A stretch of DNA of 63,871 nucleotides, taken from the NCBI RefSeq assembly GCF_037042905.1, contig NC_087252.1, positions 13,950,001 through 14,013,871 on the forward strand. Reading direction: 5' to 3'. The stretch comes from Lytechinus pictus (lineage: Eukaryota). Every line of letters begins with the position of its first letter. Position 1 is the stretch's first letter. Below the pieces are notes generated by a model. It was not told where the DNA came from. It saw only the letters and a list, made by a program, of their open reading frames with translations, and made no database searches. The translations under genes and the position numbers were made by a program. This document shows positions 53,701-61,547 of the stretch, in pieces.

Positions 53701-56700
53701 CAATTGCACCATCCCTGTTGGCCCATAAAGGAAAATATTATTGATTGTTACATAAAATATTACCAAGCAAAACATTAAGTCTTATTCGCCCCCCCCTCCC
53801 CCCCATATAATTGCCACACCTTCAACACTATGGATCTATGTTTTATGAAATTGCTCATTTGGATATTTTGGAAATATTTTTAACATTGCCAAGAAAGCAA
53901 CAACAACAAAAAAGAACCTTTTTGAAATATTATGGACAAATGTGATTCAAAATCTTTTCCTCCACTTTTTCTAACAATATTATAATGTTTTGAATAATGG
54001 CATTGAGGAGGGGTGGTGTGATTGAATTGATGAATTTAATTATTTGATCCTTGTCAAATAATTTGGATATACATATTTTCATCCAATGTAAATATAATGT
54101 GTAGGCCTAGGCTGTTTACCCCCCCCCCCCCCTCTTCCAGAATAATCCCCCTCTTGCTATCTCTCTTTCTCTCTCTCATTGTATGTTAGATGTTCGGGGA
54201 CAGTTTTGTCCCATCATTGAGGTTATCAATAATTTAGTTTTATTCCTGGCTTTTATAAAGCAACCACAAAGAAAAAATAAAACATCTCTCAGTTGTCCCC
54301 GTTCAGGGATTTTCGATGATGGCTAGTTTTTCTTACTTTATTACATGTACTATGTAGACACAAGTGTGAAATTAAAAAAGGAATCCACACAAATTTCGGG
54401 TCACTGTACTATATAGTGTAAGTTTTGATAAATATATCAGTCGGATATTTCATTTCTCCTTTTGTTTACGTGTTCGATCGTCGTCTGTCTTGGATTGAAG
54501 CAAGTCGAGCGACGGGGAAGAAAAATATAAGTTAGGTCTGTTTTGAGTGAAAGATAGACCTCCTCCGGCATGCCCCTCCTTCTCAATCATCACCCAGTTT
54601 TTATGACCTGTTAAAGAAAAATGAGACTGCCAAGGTGAGAAATTAAGATGTCCAATGAGCGCGTCCTAATCTTACTTTGAAGTTCCAACTTATTTTTGCA
54701 AGTGTGGGACTAGGCCGTATTGACTGCTATTCAAGTTTTCCTCGTAAAATTGAACTTGCAGTACAAGTCTGTTCAATCGTTAAAATAAAGTTAGCTCACA
54801 TACTTCTGAGTATTTCAGTTGATTTAGGGTAGTATTTCTTGGTATGTCTTATAGAACTTGTAAATATTTGGATTGACAAAGATGGTTAAATGGTAAAAAA
54901 CAGCAAAAAAAGAGGCGGCTTAGGAGGTACAACTGTACACCAACAACACATCGTCGCATATCGCATAGAGGTTGAACCAGCGGCCAACTCGCCAGCCGGA
55001 GGCTCTGACAATAAAGGTCACGGTAGCAAAGAAAAAGAGCAGACTGCCTAAGTTCAAGTTCAACTTTAAAGCCTTATGTTTTGAGTAATTTAAAGGGTTT
55101 AGTCCAACTGCATCGCTCTATTCACAGCATAACTTTTCAAAAACACTATAATCATTAAGATTTACTTAAACTAGAACTAGATTCTATCTTAGAAGATTTT
55201 TATTATTGAGCTGTCACAGGGTTGATAAATTTAAAAAAAATTAAACCACAACCTATTATTCCCCCCACTTCACTTAAAATCTAGATCTTCCTAGGCCCTA
55301 TTTTTACTAAATTAAATGAAATTTTCTGTAATTACCTTATTGCGTAGCCTATACAAGGCTTATGTCACCCTTCTAATTATTCTTGAAGCCGTAGACAGGT
55401 GAATACTGTATATGGTAGCCTACTTGGGACATATCCTGAGCAGCTGCCTTGAAATAGTTTTGCCGGAGTTTTTAGGACTTTGCCGTTGGTACAGGAGCTA
55501 CGGCAAAACCCCACTTGATTTGCCGGAGTTTTTTAAAAGTTTTGCCGTAAAAAACTCTGGCAAAGTTTTATGCAATGGAAAACTCCGGCAATTTTTTTTT
55601 TGCCGTAGTTTCCTGATTTTTTGCCGTAAAAAACTCCGGCAAAAGTTTTATGCAACGGGGCCCAGAACTCCAGCCAGCACATTTAGACAGTCGATGTGGC
55701 GTTAAGGAATTGCACCAACGCGCATGCGTTGTGCGCCCCCAAAAACGATCACGCGATCGATCATAACCAAGTGTTTATGCTAGAAGTGTTTATTTGACTG
55801 ATGTAATAAACATTATCGCGTTAAACGTAAAATTTCACAAAATTAATTGTTATAAATAAAACACGTTATAGATTAAAAGCATCATAGTCATATAATAACC
55901 TGTATTTGTGTATAACATAAAAGCTTTCAATGAATTTTGGAATTTGGAAACATGCTTATTTATCAATGATCACGCCGCCGATAAATAAACACCTAAACGG
56001 CACCTAAACCCCTAAACGTATGAGAAAACTATACCCGCATTCCGTAAACACATAACGTGTAATTATAAACGCAAGCCTAAACACACCAGTGACATAATAA
56101 ACACGTCATGTGTTCTGTCTTTTTACAGTGTAGGTCCCGGTGGTTTGCCCATAAATATGTTGTTCATGTTTAAAAGAATGTGGGCCCGATATGTTCCAAT
56201 GGCCTTCATGGTCGATTGCATATGGGTCTCATATGCTTCCTGGCTGCAGATGCCTTAGAATCCCAGGTGGTTTGTACATTGGGCCCATGTGTCAAAGAAT
56301 ATTGGCATCTGGGTCACACATTGTCTTTCTACCTTGGTATTTTGAAGAAAACATCTTTGCAAGAACGTTCCTTCGTATCGCTTGATTATTATTTGAATTT
56401 GAAGGTAACTTTATTTTATATGGCCAATTGTACAAGAAAACATTATACAAAAATAATATATCTAAATGCTCAAGGAAATATAGAAGAGGCATGACATAAC
56501 CATTCATCTAAATTAAATAATACAACGATTTGAAGACATTAAAACCACATTCAAAAAGGTAAAATATTATAGGACCTGCGTAAAAAGCAGAACTGAATCG
56601 GCAGCATCCAGACAAATATCCAGATTTAAATCTAAACGAAAAATAAATCGATTAACTAAAGAAATTGCAAAACATAGAATTGTGGGTATCTCATTCATCA

Positions 56701-57188
56701 ACGAAAGAATTAAAAGGTAATTGCAACTATTACCCAGCCAGTATGATATGCAGCGTAACTCGCTTTGGTGTAACATTTTCATTCACTCAAGGACAATTTT
56801 TTGAAAGAACGTACATACTGTTTATTTCTTGCTTTACCTAGCAAAATGATTAAGGGAGACAGCCGACCGTGTTTCTTGCAAGCAATAAAAAATGTTCACA
56901 TCTTACCGTGTTTCGTCAGCACAGCGAGATTGTTGTAACCGGCTTTGGCAAGTACACTGCACATGACACTTCTCTTGTTTTTCACCTTGTGGCTTATCTT
57001 CTCCAAAAGACCAAGGGTGCCATTTGAGAGTTGATTTGAGGTGAAGCTGTTCCTGTATTTCAAGAATCTCTGTCCAGATACACCAAGAGCATGGGTGAAA
57101 GGTCGAATGTCGGTCATGAGAAGTCGAAAAGCGAGGTCAAGAAGTTCAACCAAACATGTCTTGTCTTGAAGTGGAAATGGCACCAACC
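26717..57188 (-). CDS. Host gene made of tandem death-domain-like modules (partial; 5' exons not found)
   Basis: Open, symmetric phase-1 exons 57188-56907 (94 codons), 30341-30105 (79), 29752-29504 (83) and 27090-26848 (81), plus a possible last exon 26748-26717. Three modules end in an L/I..AG(Y/F)...(L/I)..G helix pair typical of death folds; the 30105-30341 module is more divergent. Confidence 0.65.
26848..27090 (-). CDS. Death-domain-like exon 4
   Basis: ...STVFDSWEERIR...GELSDRLLRAGYEEFAHEIMT; aag acceptor and gtaaga donor. Confidence 0.65.
28853..29134. mobile_element. Harbinger-like MITE
   Basis: TIR ggcccatattctgaa / ttcagaatacgggcc with a 3-bp TSD ATA. Confidence 0.7.
29504..29752 (-). 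CDS. Death-domain-like exon 3
   Basis: ...LTTILTALENRL...DVCEKIREAGFQELLNEIQR; tttttcag acceptor and gtgggt donor. Confidence 0.6.
30105..30341 (-). CDS. Death-domain-like exon 2
   Basis: ...ELRQKLGV...IVALLKDWR...NALADAV..LGREKALAVLS; aaacag acceptor and gtaaaa donor. Confidence 0.65.
30381..30552. mobile_element. Harbinger-like MITE abutting the CACTA left end
   Basis: TIR gagggtgtttcatgaaagtt / aactttcatgaaacagtccc. Confidence 0.6.
30568..30990. repeat. CACTA subterminal AAACAC repeat array
   Basis: Many aaacac/gaacac/gtgttt motifs, including tandem 'ttcataaacacttaaacacg..caccagaacac' units. Confidence 0.85.
31680..32030. repeat. ~185-bp tandem duplication
   Basis: 'tgcatcacaca..attaccttgttcttgaa...ggaaaatcacaattcaaaat' occurs twice. 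Confidence 0.8.
33308..33468 (-). pseudogene. Partial duplicate of the last exon of the CIDE-N accessory gene
   Basis: Near-identical to 34378-34536. Confidence 0.85.
34267..39941 (-). CDS. Transposon accessory protein, 498 aa: N-terminal CIDE-N domain + SAMD3-like C-terminal region
   Basis: Exons 39941-39857, 39410-38923, 38151-37986, 37502-37294, 36614-36501, 35544-35443 and 34599-34267. All junctions are GT-AG with matching phases; 1497 nt with no internal stop. N-terminus MPVFKLWRANRLEKKMAVANTYEELCEKAKVKLGMARIEGIVLEEDGTEIDDDEVLLECSNSTLMVLEEGEHW; C-terminus AFMQLIAAYYVFNLEYPK..LLGLVQ. Confidence 0.88.
40355..43723. mobile_element. Academ-like non-autonomous foldback element
   Basis: 16-bp TIR TAGACGGGTCAATATA, 3-bp TSD TTG, ~300-bp near-perfect inverted arms, then inverted arrays of ~170-185-bp units (ccaagatggc/gccatcttgg cores). 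Confidence 0.8.
44065..46641 (-). CDS. EnSpm/CACTA-type DDE transposase with N-terminal C2H2 fingers (likely start 46575, ~836 aa)
   Basis: Intact ORF. Motifs CxxC..HxxxxH and CxxxxC..HxxxxH, TDDIEIVNPIGS..KHKL..FYFTLANIPP..RS, CDTLAA..LAGF..CREC, DPMHILLEG, and PKMHYCLH..GPL...WCMRFEAKH. Confidence 0.92.
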   Translation of the reverse strand: MLLVALTLSQFKLTAPFSTSCKMAEMVGPGDEQNFKCYMCCFACNSYDKFVSHVVRLHQHDPNFLVCCSVPDCLYSSKSWGAFKAHVCRKHKDVIDNGGIERDEDVPDDGENDGVDVHAAENQDVRMSQTSVEKLNAASFTLALECEHNLSEKSVNKIIESVVNVVYEQLSKNNAQICNMLSNANVSAEVVNSIKRPNSSTPLHDLTTKRSRDSFYKKELSYIPPAAVKLGERYVTVKGRLVKKDVTAYKIPFLESIVNLLHVPEIWKYVNNGHASSSGFMCDIGDGNYVKSNDLFSRNPKALQIILNTDDIEIVNPIGSHTKKHKLSMFYFTLANIPPELRSGLHAIQLLGVAKAKDIRKYGPQSLLDEFITTVRSLSSGGINVEINGEQVLIEGNLVIVPCDTLAAQWLAGFKEGVGFAHKACRECEATQVEMQREFVDINFRKRDEEEHKRRCDALESPLSKEAKTYWSKEWGVNTRSCLSEIPDFKLCSGFVQDPMHILLEGLVPYELKLLLTDFVKESKYFTLKWLNFKILSFPYTYLECAARPEIIDANSLKDKGRIKQTSAAMMTLITILPLVVADKVPKMNEKWLNFLRLVQMTLLATSPTCMLTTAALLRQLTYEHHTKFVSLYPRARVIPKMHYCLHLPEQLVQYGPLRNHWCMRFEAKHGFFKTKKWRCFKNLPLSISTKHQKYMCYKQHGATNGKRSESFLYAGDIVKEGDTVVFQEAFPHLVASMTDILGHEMDENFRVYGTNDVVILGRDYRCGCCLVLAYQDDMPQFGLVEGIFLFEGNTMFIVKCMHIQCFDTHVLAYILEPTREYRIVPYAKLFSKWPLSVHKHHGDICVMNKYTYTCESL
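49621..52480 (+). pseudogene. Harbinger Myb/SANT-like accessory gene, frameshifted
   Basis: Exon remnants at ~49621-49709 (YTLEQLKCMCDFLRRN), 50474-50608 (RTASNLRRSWSDL; NQTKT|GG), 51596-51702 and 52206-52480; frames are disrupted. Confidence 0.6.
53121..53655. repeat. Three tandem ~180-bp copies
   Basis: Unit ttcttaataagtgat...taaattgtttaaaagagg...gttgtgtgatcgtaa..gaaaactg. Confidence 0.85.
55716..55760 (-). promoter_or_regulatory. Probable CACTA promoter with an NRF1-type GCGCATGCG palindrome
   Basis: caacgcgcatgcgttg and cgatcacgcgatcg lie just inside the subterminal repeats and upstream of both element genes. Function is inferred. Confidence 0.45.
55768..56112. repeat. CACTA subterminal AAACAC/TAAAC repeats, right end
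   Basis: Repeated gtgttta, taaacac and taaacg motifs. Confidence 0.7.
56907..57188 (-). CDS. Death-domain-like exon 1
   Basis: LLDLAFRLLMTDIRPFTHALGVS...GTLGLLEKI...MCSVLAKAGYNNLAVLTKH; ttttcaacag acceptor and gtaaga donor. Confidence 0.7.
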
Positions 57189-57239
57189 CTGTTGAAAATA
57201 ATAGTGTTTTGGTTTTTTTTTTAACAAATGCACACCTTG

Positions 57240-57358
57240 TTACAAATAATCCTTAAAGCATTTCCACTTATTTGAATGCAGGATAAAAGAGCATAGGTGT
57301 CGTGGCCGGGATCGAACCCGGGACTTTCTAAATATATAGAGACCACTAGGCCACGGCA
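57240..57358 (-). mobile_element. tRNA-derived SINE head
   Basis: The minus strand has A box TGGCCTAGTGG and B box GGTTCGATCCC; the anticodon arm is degenerate. Confidence 0.6.
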
Positions 57359-57563
57359 CCTCCACCTAATAATGGACGTGCGAAACGATCAGAGTGTAGT
57401 TTGTTATCCAAAGATGTGCCACGTACCACCACACGTTGTTCTAAAGTGAAAAAATGATAACTGAGTTTCTTCTTAATTTCTTCCGTACAAAGTTATCATT
57501 TACAGTTGTGTTTAATGTGTGAAATATAGCGGCTTCACACATTTACGTCTCCTAACTTGTTAA

Positions 57564-58784
57564 AGGACAAATCTACCCCCAAAAAACGTTGATTTGAATA
57601 GAAAGATTTAAAAAAACAAGCATAATACTGAAAATTTTCATCAAAATCGGATGTAAAATAAGAAAGTTATGATACTTTAATGATACGTACTTTAAAGGGG
57701 AATCCAACCCAAACAAAAAATTGTTTTTATAAGGTTAAGAAAAATCAGACAAGTTGATAGGTGAAAGTTTGAACAATATTGGACAAACAACAAGAAAGTT
57801 ATGATTTTTTTAAAGTTGTAAATATTGGTAATCACTATACCCATGGAGACTTCAAATTGGCCGCATATGGGGTGTCATAGTGATGTAATGCAAGGACTAC
57901 TCTTTCATGCACTCCAATACATATTTTGGCTAAAATGTCATTTTTCCCAAAAGTTTTATTTCAAATTATATTTTTCTTTCATGAGGACATGAAAACAATA
58001 TTCTACCTGGGTTATATTTAGATTACTTCCCCGGGGAATGGGTAGTTAAGAGAAAACTACAAATCCCTGATAATAAAGTACATGGCCTATGGGAAAGTTG
58101 TCCTTGCCCCTTGTCATAATTTACTTACCCAGTTGCCAATTTGAAATCTACATAGTATTAGTGATCTCAATTTTAAAGCAGCTATAACTTTTTTATTGCT
58201 TGTCCGATTTCTTTCAAACTTTCACCATTCTATTTAATTTATTTTTCTTCTTCCCAACACAACATTTTATGGCCAAGGCTGGATACCCCTTTAAAGTTTC
58301 GCTTAATTTAACAAATCAGTTATATGCACATCTTGGTCAGGATGCAAATGAGGGGACTGATGACATCACTCACTCAGTATTTCTTTTGTATCTTATTATA
58401 TGAGATATGAAATATTTTTTATATATTGTCCTGTGAAACAAAGTTGTATTCCTCCCTAAACATGTGGCATTACCATTGTTATAACATTTTATTGTTCAGT
58501 TAAGTTGGTCCTTAATGTCAAATGGTAAAAATAAATTGAAATATTGTACAATTCAAACAATAATAAACAAAAGAAATTGTGAGTGATGGACATCATCGAC
58601 TCTCTCATTGGCATGTTACTGAGTTATGCGTATAACTGTTTTGTGAAGAATAAGCGAAACTTTAAAATGTGATAACCTTCTTGTATTAGATCTGATTTTG
58701 TTCAAATTTTCAGCATTATGCTCGTTTGATTTTTCTATATTTAACTCTATTCAAATCAACATTTTTCTGGGATGGACTTGACCT
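57564..58784. mobile_element. Kolobok-like MITE containing a nested Kolobok-like MITE (57696-58290)
   Basis: The outer ends match 63076-63667. The inner element has TIRs agggga/tatcca and a perfect TTAA TSD. Confidence 0.75.
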
Positions 58785-59422
58785 GTAATGTAAATCATTT
58801 TGATCGTATGTACAGTAATCCATATTTTCTTCTTAACCATGCTAACTATGATAGGTCTAACCATAATTTTGTACATTTTCTTTTCCCATTATCATGTTTT
58901 CGACATCAGTCTAGTTCTTGTAGGCATACAGCAACAATCTATCTATCTCACTCGCCGTCAAGTAACCTATGATAACCATCATGTTTTCACCATCTCTCTT
59001 AATCTTTTCGACATCAACACCTTTTAGTAGGCATAGTTATAGGAACAACATAAAATCCCTGATATCCCCCCCCCCCACCCTTCTCTCTCTATCCCTCCCC
59101 CTCATCTTACTCGCTTTCTATTCATCCCTCCCCCTCATCTTACTCGCTTTCTATTCATCTTTTCTCTCTCTCCCTGTGTCTCTTTCGCTCACATATGTAC
59201 GCACCTATATTGATGACAAATGAATCGTCATTTCTCAATGTAATAGATTTCAAAAAGGGCATTATTAAATGGAAATCTCAAGATGCATATTTGCCTCAAC
59301 CTAATAAATCGCCTTGTGTAATTTGAGCATTTTTTTTAGATCCACTGGTTCACTGGAATATGTTCTTCCTAATGTATGACAATGCCGCCGAAACTTATTT
59401 TACAAGTTATTATGGGGACATC

Positions 59423-59514
59423 CCGATAGACCGCGGGTCCGATAGACCGCGGGTCCGATAGTCCGCGGGTCCGATAGACCGTGGGTCCGATAGTCCGCGG
59501 GTCCGATAGTCCGC
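59423..59514. repeat. 16-bp minisatellite (ccgatagWccgcgggt, ~5.7 copies)
   Basis: Seen directly. Confidence 0.9.
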
Positions 59515-59659
59515 AGTGTGTGTAAAATTATGATCAGATATATCAAATGTCATCGAGAGGTGCAAAGGTCAAATGATACGACACCATGGGGTTCTATCAG
59601 GTGCGGATCCATGGGGGCCGAGGGGGAACTGCCTCAACCCCCCCCCCCCTCACCCCCAG

Positions 59660-60570
59660 CTCAAAAAAAAAGAGGGGGAGGGGGGGGGGGAAGGGAGAGA
59701 ATAAAAAGAGAGAGAGGAAGATGGGAAAAGAAGAGAATAGAAAAGAGAGTGAGGGGGGAAGGAAGGAAGAGAAGAAAAAAGAGAAAAGAGAGAGGAAAAG
59801 AGAGAAAGAAAAGACGGGAAAAAGGGAAAAGAAAAAGAGGGAAACAGAAGAGAAAAAAGAGAGGAGGGAAAAGGAAGAGAAGAAAAGAAAGGAGAAAAGA
59901 AAATGAGGAAAAAGAAGAAGAAAAAGAGAGGGAGGAAAAGAAGAATATTTAAATAGAGAGGAAGATGGGAAGAAAGATAAGAAAAAAAGAGAGAGAGAGA
60001 GGAAGAGGGGAAAAGAAGAGAAGAAAAAGAGAGAGGGGGAAGGAGAGGGAGAGAAGAAAAAAAGATTAAAAGAGAAAAAGGGGGAAAGGAAAGAAAAAGA
60101 AAAAGGGGGAAAGAGAAAAAAGAGGAAGAGGGAAAAGAAAGGAGAAAGAAAAGGGGAAGAGAATAATATTTTAAAAAAGAGGAAGATGGGAAGAAAGATA
60201 AGAAAAGAGAGAGAGGGGGGAATAGAGGAAAAGAGAAGAAAAAAGAGAGAGTAAGGGGGAGGAAAAGAAGAGAAAGAGAGAGGAAAAGAGAGAAAGAAAA
60301 GACGGGGAAAAAAGAGAAGAAAAGTGGGAAAGAAAAGATGGGGGAAAAGAGAAGTAAAAGGGAGAAAGGAAGACAAGAAAAAAAAAGAAAAGGGGAAAAT
60401 AAAGAGAATAAAAACAGAGAGAGAGAGAGGAGGAAGGAAAAGAAGAGAAGAAGAAAAGGGGAGAGGAAGAGGGGGAAAGAAAGAGAGAAAGAAAGAGAAA
60501 GGAAGGGGAATGAGGATAAGAGAAAGAAAAAAAAAAAAAAAAAGGAGATTGCAAACGAAAGAGGGAGATA
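59660..60570. repeat. Polypurine (GA-rich) low-complexity tract
   Basis: Almost only A/G, with internal duplications. Confidence 0.9.
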
Positions 60571-60587
60571 TTGACCCGGACGTCGAT

Positions 60588-60890
60588 TTGATGTTCGAAC
60601 TAGGCGGCACCAAAATGACATTCGAACTATGGGGCGCCGAACTGATGTTTGAACTGGGAGGGGGCGCGAAATTGATGTTCGATCTAGCGGGGCACCAAAG
60701 TGATGTTCGAACTAGGGGAGCGCTAATTTGAATTTTGACCATAATGCGACAAATGCATGTTTCAGAGGGGGGGGGGGGAGGGCAAAGTTATATTTCACAT
60801 GGGGGCGCCAAGTTTATGTTCAACCGTGGGCGCCAAATTGACCTTGAACTTAGGGGGCTTCATGCAAATTCATTTTCGACCGGGGGCGCA
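60588..60890. repeat. Degenerate ~27-bp repeat (tgatgttcgaactagggggcgccaaa)
   Basis: Five copies at 60589-60730 plus degenerate copies to ~60890. Confidence 0.75.
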
Positions 60891-61547
60891 ACATTGCTCG
60901 TATTGCCTGTTTATAGTGAAATATATGTCCTGCCCAAAAAGCTTAAATTAATGCGGGTGAATTAAAATATCCCGTTTTTACGATAATAGACAAAAACAAT
61001 GTTTTCGAGTTTTAAGTCTGTTTAGCGAGATAGATATCCAGTTAAGGGTCACAAAAAAGGGTTATTATCAAATTCAGCTCGCGCTACGCGCTCGCAATAT
61101 TTCATCAAAGAGGTATGCATCCTCTGCATGAATCATACATGTAAGTGTTAGTGTTTTTCAAGTCAACATACATAGGCCGATCCAAGGCCCCCCCCCCCCC
61201 CCATGGTGGCGCAAAAAAGGGGTAAGAAACAGAAAAAAAAAAAAAAGAGAAAAAGGACAAGCAATTAGAATAGGAATTATACCTTAGTCTTTCTTAAGTC
61301 AGTATATAAAAAAATTGAGCTCGCGCTTCGCGCTGGCATCAATAAATTGTTTAGTTATATACGCATCCCGACCTCACAGGTTTTTTTTTATGCGAACGAG
61401 AAGCACAAGCTGAAAATATTTGATATTCTAACCTGACAACTGAAAATGTATTTTTCATTTCATCATTATAAAAGTTTTCAGCTAGCGCTTCGCGCTCGCA
61501 TTCATTTCTTAATAGATATGCATCGTGTTCATCATAACAACTACTAA

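Larger units (their letters stand above)
47477..55662 (+). mobile_element. PIF/Harbinger transposon (defective), nested
   Basis: 25-bp TIR ggccccgttgcataaa(g/a)cttttgcc with 1 mismatch, TSD CAG, and ttttgcc(a/g)gagtttt subterminal repeats at both ends. Confidence 0.88.
30555..56130 (-). mobile_element. CACTA/EnSpm (CMC) DNA transposon, 25,576 bp including nested insertions
   Basis: Perfect 10-bp TIRs CACTGTAAAA (30555) / TTTTACAGTG (56130). TA is duplicated at 30553-54 and 56131-32. Dense AAACAC/GTGTTT subterminal repeats at both ends; internal EnSpm-type transposase. Confidence 0.9.

Noticed and set aside
30555-56130. RAG/Transib-like transposon: the CACTGT/ACAGTG ends resemble the RSS heptamer and an Ig gene is nearby
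   Set aside because: The TSD is 2 bp (TA), not 5 bp. There is no nonamer spacing, the transposase motifs are EnSpm-type rather than RAG1, and there is no RAG2-like gene.
57298-57358. tRNA gene
   Set aside because: A and B boxes are present but there is no proper anticodon arm or cloverleaf; it fits a SINE head.
59518-60742. Long ORFs (381, 323, 144 aa) rich in F/L/S or K/R/E
   Set aside because: Artefacts of a polypurine tract that lacks stop codons.
59423-60890. CRISPR-like arrays
   Set aside because: The units are contiguous tandem repeats without unique spacers, the context is eukaryotic, and no cas genes are present.
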